A stretch of DNA of 37,168 nt, from assembly GCA_045863395.1 (NCBI GenBank), contig BTVJ01000069.1, forward strand, positions 1 to 37,168, written 5' to 3'. The stretch is from Myxococcales bacterium (lineage in GTDB: Bacteria; Myxococcota_A; UBA9042; JABWCM01; BTVJ01). The first letter of the stretch is position 1, and every line of letters begins with the position of its first letter. A program made the position numbers and the translations under genes. Of this stretch, positions 1 through 9,743 are shown piece by piece. The notes beneath the pieces are model-generated. The model saw nothing but the letters and a program-made list of their open reading frames with translations, was not told the DNA's origin and did no database searches.

Positions 1-2
1 TC

Positions 3-968
3 TCCGTGGACATCTCCGGCACCTGCGACGACGGCGACGCCTGCACGGCGGACTCCTGCGACCCGCTCACGGGCTGCACCTTCGCCGACGACTCCGCGAG
101 CTGTGACGACGGCGACGTCTGCACCGCCGACTCTTGCGACCCGGTCGCCGGTTGCAGCTCTGCCGACCTGTCGGCGGCCTGCGACGACGGCGACGTCTGC
201 ACCGCTGATTCCTGCGACCCGGTCGCCGGCTGCATCTACGACGATGTCTCCGCGCTCTGCGACGACGGCGACGCCTGCAGCCTCGACTCCTGCGACCCGC
301 TCACCGGGTGCGAGGCGCTGGACATCTCGACCCTCTGCGATGATGGAGACCCCTGTACCGTCGACGCGTGCGTCCCGGCGAGCGGATGCCAGCACACGCC
401 TGGTGGGACCGTCGTGCTGCAGCCGGGACCGGGAGAGACGAAGGACATCTGGACCACCAGCGTCTACTCCTATGCCCCGGGCGGGGGCGGCCCGGGCGGC
501 GGTCTCGACAACGACATCCTTCGGGCCGGTGGCTGGGGAGACACCTATCTCATCCTCATCGAGTTCAGTCTGGCCGGCCTTCCGCAGTCGTCTCCCAACG
601 TGACCCTCGACCTCTTCGCCCTCGACCCCGGCGGATCGGGCGGGACCTCGCTCTACGTAGACCGGATCACGGCGTACTGGGACTGGAAGACCCAGGGCAC
701 GGGCAAGGACAAGGAGCGTCTCTGGTGGGCGGACAAGCCGCCGACGGTCCAGTGGAGCGCCGGAACCATCCCAGCCCCCACACCCCAGACCTGGTACTCC
801 ATCGACGTGACGGGCCTCTACAACGGGTGGAAGGGCGGGACGTGGCCGAACTACGGCCTCCAGCTCCGGCCGTCCAGCACGTCGAACAAGTGGGCCACCT
901 TCTGGAGCGGCGACACAGTAGACTACCCAGCGCTTCGCCCCCGCCTGGTCGTCCACTGTGCGCCCTGA
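3..968 (+). CDS. Cys-rich (Dictyostelium-type CDDGDxCTxDxC) repeat protein with C-terminal DNRLRE/CBM96-like domain; 5' partial
   Basis: Frame is open from the left edge. Five ~26-aa CDDGDxCTxDSCDPxxGC repeats, then a beta-sandwich-like domain (LIEFSLAGLP...WYSIDVTGLYNGW...NYGLQLR...RPRLVV) typical of DNRLRE domains. Confidence 0.8.
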   Translation, partial: SVDISGTCDDGDACTADSCDPLTGCTFADDSASCDDGDVCTADSCDPVAGCSSADLSAACDDGDVCTADSCDPVAGCIYDDVSALCDDGDACSLDSCDPLTGCEALDISTLCDDGDPCTVDACVPASGCQHTPGGTVVLQPGPGETKDIWTTSVYSYAPGGGGPGGGLDNDILRAGGWGDTYLILIEFSLAGLPQSSPNVTLDLFALDPGGSGGTSLYVDRITAYWDWKTQGTGKDKERLWWADKPPTVQWSAGTIPAPTPQTWYSIDVTGLYNGWKGGTWPNYGLQLRPSSTSNKWATFWSGDTVDYPALRPRLVVHCAP

Positions 969-996
969 CCGTTCACAGCCCCCAAGGGAGGTGCCG

Positions 997-1455
997 ATGA
1001 GTCGAGACCTGCTGGAGCCGAAGGTGGTGGGGCCGGGCTTCCACGAGCGCGTGTATGAGGTGGTGAGGCGGGTCCCCCGCGGTCGCCTGACCACCTATGG
1101 AGACGTGGCGACGGTGCTCGGATCCCCCCGGGTGGCCCGGCAGGTGGGGTGGGCGCTGTCGGCCCTGCCCAAGGTCCAAACCGACGTGCCGTGGCACCGC
1201 GTGATCAACGCGCAGGGCCGCATCAGCCACCGCGGGGACGTCTGGCGCGCCGAGGATCAGGCGCTGCGCCTGGCTGGGGAGGGCGTGGTCGCGGACGCGC
1301 GCGGCGTCATGGACCTCCGCGCGCTGCGCTGTCCAGTCGAGCTGTTGGCACCGAAGTCCCCCGAGGCGAGTCCGGTGCCTTGCCAGGGCGGCGCTCCCCC
1401 CGCCCGCCCACAGGCTGCTTTCCGGCACGGTGTCAGTCGCACACCGGTGCCGTGA
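997..1455 (+). CDS. Alkyltransferase-like (ATL/YbaZ-type) MGMT-family DNA-binding protein
   Basis: GGAGG at 987-991 before ATG 997. VPRGRLTTYGDVA, ARQVGWAL and PWHRVINAQG motifs, with Trp replacing the catalytic Cys of PCHRV. Confidence 0.9.
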   Translation: MSRDLLEPKVVGPGFHERVYEVVRRVPRGRLTTYGDVATVLGSPRVARQVGWALSALPKVQTDVPWHRVINAQGRISHRGDVWRAEDQALRLAGEGVVADARGVMDLRALRCPVELLAPKSPEASPVPCQGGAPPARPQAAFRHGVSRTPVP

Positions 1456-2254
1456 GCGTGTAGACCAGGTCCCCGCCCACGGCCGCGCCCTTCTTGCCCT
1501 GGTCGTGGGGCACGATCACCTCACAGGTGCCATCGACCGCGTTTCCGGAGGCGTCCGTCGCTCGCCACCCGAGGGTGTAGACACGGCCATCGCCACCACC
1601 TTGGCGCTCCGCTCGCAGACTGACTCCGTCGCAGCCCAGGTCCGCGATGTCCGGCGCAGTCTTGCCGTCTCCATTGGCGTCGTCGGGCTCGTCGCTGCTC
1701 GCCCACAGGAACACCACGCGGACGTCGGGGTCGCAGACGTCCTCGACCTCGACGCAGTCGAGGGGGGTGATGGTGCGCATCTTGTGGTTGGGGGGCCACA
1801 GCTCGACGGTCTTGGGCGTGACCTTCGGAGGCGTTGTGTCCTGGACGATCAGAGTTGATGAGCAGACGTCCTGCGGAGAATCTCCCTCTGCGGTCGTCGC
1901 GGTGACCGTGATCGTGTGTACGCCCACCGGGAAGGGGCCGGCGGCCCCCGGAGACAGATCCGTGGCCTCGCACGCGAGCGTCTCGCTCTCTCCCCCGGCG
2001 CCTTGATCTCCGAGCACGACATGGATGTGCGCGACGGTCGCGCCGGCGTGTGAGGTGCACTCCACCACCCGCTCCTCCCCGCAGATCCACCCACCCGCTG
2101 GCACCTCGCCCGGGTCCTCGACACACACGGCCTCGAGCCGGGCCTCCATGGTGCTCACGCCTGAATCACTGTCTGCGGCACACGCCACCAGCGCGAGGGC
2201 CGCTCCCGAAACAAGCCACGACGTGGCAGAGTGAAACGGTCTCGTCGAGCTCAT
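1433..2254 (-). CDS. Lipoprotein with HYR-like and LWPPNHK-motif Ig-like domains
   Basis: GGAGG precedes ATG 2254. Lipobox LALVAC. FPVGVHTITVTAT...VQDTTPP (HYR-like), followed by LWPPNHKM...LRAERQGGGDGRVYTL...DASGN. Confidence 0.75.
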   Translation of the reverse strand: MSSTRPFHSATSWLVSGAALALVACAADSDSGVSTMEARLEAVCVEDPGEVPAGGWICGEERVVECTSHAGATVAHIHVVLGDQGAGGESETLACEATDLSPGAAGPFPVGVHTITVTATTAEGDSPQDVCSSTLIVQDTTPPKVTPKTVELWPPNHKMRTITPLDCVEVEDVCDPDVRVVFLWASSDEPDDANGDGKTAPDIADLGCDGVSLRAERQGGGDGRVYTLGWRATDASGNAVDGTCEVIVPHDQGKKGAAVGGDLVYTLTAPVCD

Positions 2255-2365
2255 GTTGACCTCCATTGCCCCCCGACGTCATTGGATACGCGCGTCCAGC
2301 GCCGGGGATACGGCAAGGGGTGAGTCAGAGGGCCGCCCGCCACAGAAGAGACGACCCGAGCGCGC

Positions 2366-4219
2366 CTACTCGACCCGCACGTGCCGCCCCAGCCACCGCA
2401 GGATGCGGGCGAGCATGTCACAGACGGCGTCCGGTGCGGTCGGGATGTGGCCCTCGTAAGGGTAGACCATGAGGTCCGTCTCGACCTCGCGGGCGCGCAA
2501 GGCGCGGTAGAGGGCGCGGGCCTGGCTCGGCGGGTTCATGCGGTCGAGGCCCCCCTGCAGCACGAGGGTGGGGGTGTGGAGGCGCTCCAGGTGGGTGAGG
2601 GGCGACGCCTGGTCCCACGGGGCGCGGTCCTCCCAGAAGGGGGTGGGGAAGTACTCGCGGAGCATGAGGGGGAAGCGGGGCGCTCCCGTGAACGCCACCC
2701 AATCCACCACCGGCGCGCCCACCACCAGAGCGCCGAAGAGGTCCGTGCGCATGGCGAGGGTGAGCGCCAGGGTGCCGCCGTAGGACCACCCGACGGCGGC
2801 GGTACGCTGCGGGTCGGCGACGCCCATCTGCACCAGGCGGTCGATGCCGTGGAGCACATCCGCCGCGTCGGTGACGCCGAGCGCGCCCACCGTGCCGCGC
2901 AGGAACGCCTCGTCCCGCCCCGTGGAGCCTCGGTAGTTGGGCGCGAGCACCGCGTAGCCCGCCGACGCGAACACCTGGAAGTACGGAGAGAACGTGCGCG
3001 CGACGTGGTCCGCCGGGCCGCCGTGCAGCCACACGAGCAGCGGAGCGGGCGCGCGGCTCCCGGTGCGGATCAGCACGCCGTCGATGCGCACCCCGTCGCC
3101 CGCGGTCCACGACACGGTCTCCCCCGGACACACGGTCGAGGCGAGGGCACCGTTGGTCCGCAGCAGCACCTTGCGCTCCCGTCGCGGCGCCCGCTGGGCC
3201 GGGGTGGTCCGGCCCGCGCGGGGCGCAGCCCCCTCCCGAGACAGCACCAATCGCTGCGGCAGCGCGAGGTCCTGCTCCAGCAGCAGCATGCGCCCCCGCG
3301 ACCGGTCCGTGTGGGGACCGCTGACGTAGCTGCCCCGCGCCCCCACCGGGGTCGCGTCTCCCTCGACCGCCACGTGCCACAGGCGCCCCTCGGTCCCCTG
3401 GACCATCGCCACGACCAATCCAGAACCATCCGACGCCCAGTCGAAGCCCGTGAGCCAGCCCTCCAGCCCGCGCGTCACGCAGTGGATGGCGCCGGCGTCG
3501 CCCGGCCAGCGGTCCGGGTCCACGACCCAGAGCCGGATGGCGCTGAGCCGTACTCCCCGCCTTCGCGCGCAGTACGCGAGCCACCGCCCGTCCGGGGACC
3601 AGGCGAGCCAGCCGACCGGGTGGCCGAGCAGCGACATCGCTCGGGTGGCGCCGTCAGCCTCGACCAGGTGGACGACGGCCGTGTCGGCGTCCTCGTCGGC
3701 GGCGTCGGGGATCTCGAGCCAGGCGAGGCGCTGCCCGTCGGGGCGCCAGGCGAAGTCGCCGGCATGGCGCCCCGCGGGGGTCACCGGAGCCGGAAGCCCC
3801 CCGAGGGTCGACCACGCCCACACCCGCCGGCAGCCGTCCGCGTCGTCTCCCAGGCACGACGGCACTCCACCACGCCAGCCGAGGGCGCGCGCCCCTGGGG
3901 GGACCCCTCGCAGCGTGCGGCCCCGCGGCTCCCCCACCAGGTCGAAGAGCACCCCGCGCTGCCCTTCGCCCTCGTCGACCAGGGCGGCGAGGCGGCGGCT
4001 GTCCGGCGAGAAGGTGGGCGCATAGAGCTCGGTGAGCCCGTCGTCCGTGGCGAGGCGCCGGAAGGGGCCCCGCGCGTCAAGGTCCCCGAGGAGCAGCTCG
4101 GGTCCCTTTCGCCTTGTCCGACGGTCCAGGCGAGGCACGACGGCGGCGGCCCAGCGCCCATCGCTGCTGATGGCGCTCCCGATGACGGGGCGGTAGCGGG
4201 CGACGTCGGCGATCTTCAC
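2366..4219 (-). CDS. S9-family (acylaminoacyl/dipeptidyl-type) serine peptidase with N-terminal beta-propeller
   Basis: LHGGP, PNYRGSTG, GWSYGG nucleophile elbow, QGGLD and YPYEGH give the Ser-Asp-His triad. PD40-like WSPDG/WRPDG repeats. GTG 4219, just after the upstream gene's stop, chosen as start (uncertain). Confidence 0.88.
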   Translation of the reverse strand: MKIADVARYRPVIGSAISSDGRWAAAVVPRLDRRTRRKGPELLLGDLDARGPFRRLATDDGLTELYAPTFSPDSRRLAALVDEGEGQRGVLFDLVGEPRGRTLRGVPPGARALGWRGGVPSCLGDDADGCRRVWAWSTLGGLPAPVTPAGRHAGDFAWRPDGQRLAWLEIPDAADEDADTAVVHLVEADGATRAMSLLGHPVGWLAWSPDGRWLAYCARRRGVRLSAIRLWVVDPDRWPGDAGAIHCVTRGLEGWLTGFDWASDGSGLVVAMVQGTEGRLWHVAVEGDATPVGARGSYVSGPHTDRSRGRMLLLEQDLALPQRLVLSREGAAPRAGRTTPAQRAPRRERKVLLRTNGALASTVCPGETVSWTAGDGVRIDGVLIRTGSRAPAPLLVWLHGGPADHVARTFSPYFQVFASAGYAVLAPNYRGSTGRDEAFLRGTVGALGVTDAADVLHGIDRLVQMGVADPQRTAAVGWSYGGTLALTLAMRTDLFGALVVGAPVVDWVAFTGAPRFPLMLREYFPTPFWEDRAPWDQASPLTHLERLHTPTLVLQGGLDRMNPPSQARALYRALRAREVETDLMVYPYEGHIPTAPDAVCDMLARILRWLGRHVRVE

Positions 4220-4226
4220 CGCAACA

Positions 4227-6410
4227 TCAGCCCTTTGCCTTGGCGATGGCGGCGAGCAGGATGCCATCCTCCTCGGTGGGCTCCCCGAGCGTGGCGAAGT
4301 GCTCCGCCAGCGCGTCGAGCAGCTCCGACGCCCCAGGGACGTTCGCCGTCGGCAGCTTGGCGATGATCGCCAGCTTGAGCGACAAGGGCTCCTCGGGCGT
4401 GGTCACCACCGTGTAGAGGCCGCCGAGGACGCTTGCCGCCTGCGCCTCGTCGAGGGGCGGGAAGTCGTGCCACTGGACATCGCCGTCCCAGGTCTGCACC
4501 GCGTGCTTCGTGTAGAGCAGGTACAGCGCGAGCTGGGACCGGAGCCACGGGTGGGTCTCGCACCCCGGCTCGCACAGGACGCGCCCGAGCAGCTCGTCCA
4601 CCATCGGCAGCGGCGCCCCGGGATCCCACGCCTCGTAGTCCGTGTTGACGAACTGCCGCGCGCGGGTGAACAGCTCGCCCCACTGCTGCTCCTCGGCCTT
4701 GGTGTTGAGGGACGCGGCGGACGCCCCCGGGTCGATCTGCGCCGCGATGGCGTCGAGGGCACCCAGCACCCAGGCCACCGGGTGCCCCGCGTCCCACCGG
4801 GCGCACCCCGGATCGATGGGCACGTCCTCGTCGGTGCAGTACAAGTAGGGTGGCCCCGCATCAGCCACCCCGTAGCCGAAGCGCATGGCGTCCCGGTCGT
4901 AGGTGCCCGGCCGCCCGAGCCCCACCACGTAGTCCATGACCGTCGTGCTCGGGGCGTCCTCCGGGTGGTGTTCCTTGTCCAGCGAGCCCTTGAAGTTGTG
5001 GCGCAGCCCCAGGTTGTGCCCGAGCTCGTGCACGAGAAACTGCGCCAGGATCTCGCGGGCCAGCTCGTCGGGAGGGAGCGAGCGCCCCGTGGCGAGCCAG
5101 GCCTCGCGCACCTCCCGCAGACCGAAGGGCCTGGCGGGCCACACCTGGCGGCGCAACACCCTGGGGGGCAGGTCCCCTCCGGCGGGGAGGGCGAGGCCCG
5201 TCGGCGCAGGCGCGCCCGAGCCGATCCAGGGTGCGTCTGGGTACTTCTCCAGGTACGCCACGTACTTGGCGACGAGCTGCTCCATGTCGCCCATCCACAG
5301 CAGCACACGGGTCGCGAACATCTCACCGGTCAGCGGGTCCGCGTCGAAGGGCGCGACCGCGCCCTGGGTCTTGGAGGGGTCCCACGCGATGAAGCGGTAG
5401 CGCGGATCCCAGGGGATCAGCCAGTCCTCGGCGACCTGGTGGGCGAACGGGCGCACGCCGGCGACCTCCTCCAGGGTGTCGTTCCACGCCTCGAGGACCG
5501 CGACCACCGTCGAGAGGAGGTGGGGCGGGAAGGCGGCGCTGGTGTAGTAGACGATGCTGCCGTCGGTGGTGTCCGCCTCGATGGGCAGGCGCGTGATGAG
5601 GGGCGCCTCATCGGAGCCCACCTGGAAGAAGCCGTAGGGGACGGTGGGGTCCACCGCGCGCGCCGCGAATGAAGGGTTGGCGTCGAGGCGCCGCAGCCAG
5701 TGCACGTTCACCCCGAGTGAGGGGGGGAGACCGTAGCCCTGGCACCCCTTGGGCGTGAACGTCTCAAGGAGCGGCCACGTGAGCAGGCCGTCACCGATGG
5801 CGGGCTCCCCGGCGGCGAGGGTCGCCGTGACCGCGTAGGTGCACGACTTGGTGAGCTGGATCTCCACCGTCGCCACGGGCTTCGCGAAGGACGGCGCCGC
5901 TCCGCCCTCCACCGCCTCGCACGGGTAGCTCTCCACGAGGGCGTCCGGGCCCGGCATCGGCGCGCCCGCCCCGTCGGCGACGCGGATGGCGCACACCTCC
6001 CCTTCCACGACGACGCGGACGAGCAGGGGCGCGATCCCCGCCGCAGATTGACCGATGGCCGATAGCGGGCTGTCTGGATCGCTGGAGATGCCGTAGAGCA
6101 GCACCTCATCGAGCCAGGCGGCGTCAAAGAGCAGGGCGCTCGGGGGAGTCGAGGCGTCCGCGACGTCTGGGGCGCTCGTGTCGTCCGGGGCGCCCACGTC
6201 GGTCGCGTCCGGGGCCGAGGTGTCCGGCACCTCGCCGGCCGTGGCGTCCTCGGTCCACCCCGCGTCCGCCCCGCCGGCGTCCGGGCCATCTACGGCCACG
6301 TCCAGGGTGATGTCCGCGGCGGCGCTGCCGTCGGGCGAGCCCGGGGCGTCGTCTCCTGGCTCACCGCACGCAGCGAGCATCAACAGGCACAGGGGAAGTC
6401 GCTTCATCAT
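4227..6410 (-). CDS. Zinc-dependent metzincin metalloprotease lipoprotein (EcxA/DUF4953-like)
   Basis: GGAG before ATG 6410. MMKRLPLCLLMLAAC lipobox, acidic linker, DPLTGE motif, HELGHNLGLRH zinc motif and TVMDY Met-turn. Confidence 0.88.
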   Translation of the reverse strand: MMKRLPLCLLMLAACGEPGDDAPGSPDGSAAADITLDVAVDGPDAGGADAGWTEDATAGEVPDTSAPDATDVGAPDDTSAPDVADASTPPSALLFDAAWLDEVLLYGISSDPDSPLSAIGQSAAGIAPLLVRVVVEGEVCAIRVADGAGAPMPGPDALVESYPCEAVEGGAAPSFAKPVATVEIQLTKSCTYAVTATLAAGEPAIGDGLLTWPLLETFTPKGCQGYGLPPSLGVNVHWLRRLDANPSFAARAVDPTVPYGFFQVGSDEAPLITRLPIEADTTDGSIVYYTSAAFPPHLLSTVVAVLEAWNDTLEEVAGVRPFAHQVAEDWLIPWDPRYRFIAWDPSKTQGAVAPFDADPLTGEMFATRVLLWMGDMEQLVAKYVAYLEKYPDAPWIGSGAPAPTGLALPAGGDLPPRVLRRQVWPARPFGLREVREAWLATGRSLPPDELAREILAQFLVHELGHNLGLRHNFKGSLDKEHHPEDAPSTTVMDYVVGLGRPGTYDRDAMRFGYGVADAGPPYLYCTDEDVPIDPGCARWDAGHPVAWVLGALDAIAAQIDPGASAASLNTKAEEQQWGELFTRARQFVNTDYEAWDPGAPLPMVDELLGRVLCEPGCETHPWLRSQLALYLLYTKHAVQTWDGDVQWHDFPPLDEAQAASVLGGLYTVVTTPEEPLSLKLAIIAKLPTANVPGASELLDALAEHFATLGEPTEEDGILLAAIAKAKG

Positions 6411-6558
6411 GGGAACTCCAGCGCTGCACCGGCCGGCGCGCTCGCCGCGGAGTGTAGCCGTTGGTGGCCCCGGGCGCGAGGGTCCCAACACGGTGAGAGG
6501 TCCGGGCGACCGCGCGCTCCTCGTAGCTCGGCTCCTCCCGGCAGGCCGCGCCACCGCC

Positions 6559-6686
6559 CCTGGATTAATTGGCACATATGATCGGTGGTTGATTGGTCCT
6601 GCTTGGAGCCTGGATATATCCTATCATCACGCTTGACAGCCTCAATTGGACGTGAGAATGTCCCGCCGATTTGAGGTGCCAATTGG
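6559..6686. promoter_or_regulatory. AT-rich divergent control region with repeated ATTGG motifs (candidate MocR/PdxR operators) and a perfect TTGACA
   Basis: ATTGG at 6568, 6592, 6645 and 6682; palindrome CCAATTGG at 6679-6686; TTGACA at 6633-6638. Visibly lower GC than the flanks. Confidence 0.5.
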
Positions 6687-8185
6687 TCCGAAGCCTCTCC
6701 ATCACCGTCGACCTGGCCAGCGACGCGCCGCTCTATCGGCAGATCCGTGACCAGATCGCGGCGAGCATCGCGGGGGGCGCCCTCCCGCCGGGAACCCGCC
6801 TGCCCACGACCCGGGCCCTGGCGGACCAGCTCGGCGCCCACCGCAACACCGTCGTGCGGGCCTTCGAGGAGCTGGTGGCGCAGGGGCTCGTCGACTCGGT
6901 CGTGGGGCGGGGCTCCTTCGTCGCGTCCACGGTCACGCCCCCGCCCCCCACCACCGCCGAGCTGCCCTGGGAGCGCCTCGTCTCCCGCGCCGCTGGCTCG
7001 GAGCCCCTGGGCCGCACCGACCGCCTGGCCCGAGACGCTGCCGGTCGCGACCTGATCAACCTCTCCAGGCTCCAGCCGCCGGACGATCTGCTCCCGCTCG
7101 GCGACCTCCGGCGCTGCATGGATCACGCGCTGCGCACTCACGGGGCCGCCGTCCTCGGCTATGCGCCTCGGGACGGCCTGCTGCGGCTCCGGGCGGTCAT
7201 CGCCCGGGAGCTCGCCGGCGCCGGCATCGCGGCCAGCCCCGACGAGCTGGTGATCACCACCGGCAGCCAGCAGGCGCTCGATCTCATCACCCGTGGCCTC
7301 GTGGATCCGGGCGACCCGATCCTCATCGAGGCGTCCACGTACAGCGGCGCCATCAACCTGCTCTCGGCGGCGGGCGCGCGCCTCGTCGCCATCCCGTCCG
7401 ACGCCGAGGGGCCCGATCCCGAGCGGCTGCGGGCGCTGTGCCCACCGGGCGCCAAGGCCTTCTACCTGATGCCCAACGGCAGCAACCCCACCGGGGCCGT
7501 GGTCTCGGAGCGGCGCCGCGCGGAGCTCCTCGCCTGGTCCCACGAGGCGGGGGTGCCGATCATCGAGGACGACTACGGCGCGGACCTGATCCTCGACGGC
7601 GCCCCGCCCCGGCCACTGCGGGCCCTGGACCGGGACGTGCTCTACGTGGGCACCTACAGCAAGAAGCTCATCCCCGCGCTGCGGGTGGGTTTCCTGGTGT
7701 GTCCGCCGCCGCTGCGCCAGCGCCTCGTGGCGCTGAAGCACACGATGGATCTCGGCACGTCGGCGCTGCTCCAGCACGCCCTGGCCGAGCTGCTCGAGCG
7801 GGGCCTGCTGCGGTCCCACCTGCGGCGCAGCCTCCCGGTCTACCGGGAGCGCAGGGACGCCCTGGACGCGGCCCTGCGCGAGCACCTGCCCCCGGGCATC
7901 GAGTGGGCGCGGCCTTCCCAGGGGCTCCTGATCTGGCTTACGCTGCCCGATTCGCTGGACCCGGAGCTGGTCTACGCCCGGGCCCACGCGCTGGGCGTGG
8001 CGGTGACCCCCGGCACCCTGCACCGAGTGGGCACGCGGGGGCGCGGCGGCCTCCGCCTGACCTTCTGTACCGAGCCGCCCGACCGCCTCCGCGAGGGGGC
8101 GAGGCGCCTCGGCGAGGCGATCCGCGGAAGCATGGCGCACACCCTGGACACGCGGGAGCCCACTCCCGCCTTCGATCTGGTCTGA
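6683..8185 (+). CDS. pdxR: MocR/GabR-family GntR regulator with PLP-dependent aminotransferase-like domain (PdxR-like)
   Basis: wHTH (PLYRQI...RLPTTRALADQLGAHRNTVVRAF), GSQQAL, NPTG, IIEDDY and GTYSKKLIPALRVG (PLP lysine). Ends 15 bp before pdxS. TTG 6683 follows GAGGTG. Confidence 0.85.
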   Translation: MVRSLSITVDLASDAPLYRQIRDQIAASIAGGALPPGTRLPTTRALADQLGAHRNTVVRAFEELVAQGLVDSVVGRGSFVASTVTPPPPTTAELPWERLVSRAAGSEPLGRTDRLARDAAGRDLINLSRLQPPDDLLPLGDLRRCMDHALRTHGAAVLGYAPRDGLLRLRAVIARELAGAGIAASPDELVITTGSQQALDLITRGLVDPGDPILIEASTYSGAINLLSAAGARLVAIPSDAEGPDPERLRALCPPGAKAFYLMPNGSNPTGAVVSERRRAELLAWSHEAGVPIIEDDYGADLILDGAPPRPLRALDRDVLYVGTYSKKLIPALRVGFLVCPPPLRQRLVALKHTMDLGTSALLQHALAELLERGLLRSHLRRSLPVYRERRDALDAALREHLPPGIEWARPSQGLLIWLTLPDSLDPELVYARAHALGVAVTPGTLHRVGTRGRGGLRLTFCTEPPDRLREGARRLGEAIRGSMAHTLDTREPTPAFDLV

Positions 8186-8200
8186 GCAAGGAGGACCCCG

Positions 8201-9082
8201 ATGGACAAGTCGACGTGGCAGACAAAGGTAGGGCTCGCAGAGATGCTCAAGGGCGGCGTCATCATGGACGTCGTCAACAGCGAGCAGGCCCGCATCGCGG
8301 AGGACGCGGGCGCCGCCGCCGTGATGGCCCTGGAGCGCGTCCCGGCGCAGATCCGCAAGGACGGCGGCGTGGCGCGCGCCAGCGATCCGTCGATGATCAC
8401 CGCCATCCAGGCGGCGGTCAGCATCCCAGTGATGGCGAAGTGCCGCATCGGCCACTTCATGGAGGCCCGCATCCTCCAGGCGTTGGAGGTGGACTTCATC
8501 GACGAGAGCGAGGTGCTCACCCCCGCCGACGACGAGTTCCACATCGAGAAGCACGCCTTCAAGGTGCCCTTCGTCTGCGGCTGCCGGGATCTGGGCGAGG
8601 CCCTGCGACGCATCGGCGAGGGCGCGGCGCTGCTGCGCACCAAGGGCGAGGCCGGCACCGGCAACATCGTCGAGGGCGTGCGGCACCTGCGCACGCTGCG
8701 CACCCAGATCCGGCGGCTCACGCGCCTCGGCCACGAGGAGCTGATGACCGAGGCCAAGAACCTGGGCGCTCCCTATGACCTGGTGGAGTGGGTGGCCACC
8801 CACGGGCGCCTGCCGGTGCCCAACTTTGCGGCTGGCGGCATCGCGACCCCGGCCGACGCCGCGCTGTGCATGGCGCTCGGCGCCGAGTCCGTGTTCGTGG
8901 GCAGCGGCATCTTCCTCTCGGAGGACCCGGCGCGGCGCGCCAAGGCGGTCGTCCAGGCGGTCACCTTCTGGGAGGACCCGGCGAAGCTGGCGGAGATCAG
9001 CACGGGCCTCGGCACCGCCATGCCGGGCATCGAGATGGCGACGCTGGCCGCGGACCAGCGCCTGGCCGGCCGGGGCTGGTAG
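8201..9082 (+). CDS. pdxS: Pyridoxal 5'-phosphate synthase lyase subunit
   Basis: [50 protein letters not shown] and VFVGSGIF motifs; AGGAGG RBS. Confidence 0.97.
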   Translation: MDKSTWQTKVGLAEMLKGGVIMDVVNSEQARIAEDAGAAAVMALERVPAQIRKDGGVARASDPSMITAIQAAVSIPVMAKCRIGHFMEARILQALEVDFIDESEVLTPADDEFHIEKHAFKVPFVCGCRDLGEALRRIGEGAALLRTKGEAGTGNIVEGVRHLRTLRTQIRRLTRLGHEELMTEAKNLGAPYDLVEWVATHGRLPVPNFAAGGIATPADAALCMALGAESVFVGSGIFLSEDPARRAKAVVQAVTFWEDPAKLAEISTGLGTAMPGIEMATLAADQRLAGRGW

Positions 9083-9086
9083 GTTC

Positions 9087-9638
9087 ATGGCGCGCATCGG
9101 AGTCCTCGCCCTGCAGGGTGGCTTCGCGGCCCACGGGCGCGCCCTGGCGGAGCTGGGTCACGACGTGGTCGAGGTGCGCACGCCCGCATCGCTCGCGTCG
9201 CTCGGTGGCATCGTCCTGCCCGGTGGCGAGAGCACGACCATGCTCAAGCTCCTGGACTGGACGGGCCTGGCCGGGCCCCTCGACGCCTTCGTGCGCAGCG
9301 GGCGCCCCGTCCTCGCCACCTGCGCCGGCTTGATCCTGGCGGCGCGGCACGTCACTGCCCCGCCCCAGAAGAGCTACGGCTGGATCGACGTGGCCGTGGC
9401 CCGGAACGCCTGGGGGCGCCAGCTCGACAGCTTCGAGGGCCACGCGGACGGCTCCCACCTTCCGCTGGTGTTCATCCGGGCGCCCCGAATCACGGAGGTC
9501 GGAGCAGGGGTGGAGGTGCTCGCCACCCTGAACCGGGAGCCCATCCTGGTTCGCCAGGGCGCCGTGACCGCCGCGACGTTCCACCCGGAGCTGACCGCAG
9601 ACCGCCGGGTCCACCGCGCTGCGTTCCTCGGTGCGTGA
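9087..9638 (+). CDS. pdxT: Pyridoxal 5'-phosphate synthase glutaminase subunit
   Basis: IGVLALQG, LPGGESTT, TCAGLIL (catalytic Cys), RNAWGRQ, FIRAP and FHPELT. Starts 4 bp after pdxS. Confidence 0.96.
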   Translation: MARIGVLALQGGFAAHGRALAELGHDVVEVRTPASLASLGGIVLPGGESTTMLKLLDWTGLAGPLDAFVRSGRPVLATCAGLILAARHVTAPPQKSYGWIDVAVARNAWGRQLDSFEGHADGSHLPLVFIRAPRITEVGAGVEVLATLNREPILVRQGAVTAATFHPELTADRRVHRAAFLGA

Positions 9639-9664
9639 CGTTGGCGGCGATGCTGAGAGGCGCT

Positions 9665-9691
9665 GTGACGCTTCGGTGACGCCTCGGTGCC
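9665..9691. promoter_or_regulatory. Pho-box-like tandem repeats with an 11-bp period upstream of ppk1
   Basis: GTGAC at 9665, GTGAC at 9676, GTGCC at 9687 (GTCAC units on the minus strand), exactly 11 bp apart. Confidence 0.5.
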
Positions 9692-9743
9692 AAGTCGCTG
9701 GGGCATTTGCATCCCGCCGCGGCCCGTGGTTGGATTCAGGCCC

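Noticed and set aside
997..1455. Inactivated (pseudogene) methyltransferase, given the missing catalytic Cys and the 23-bp convergent overlap
   Set aside because: PWHRV is the normal signature of ATL proteins, and short convergent overlaps are common in GC-rich genomes.
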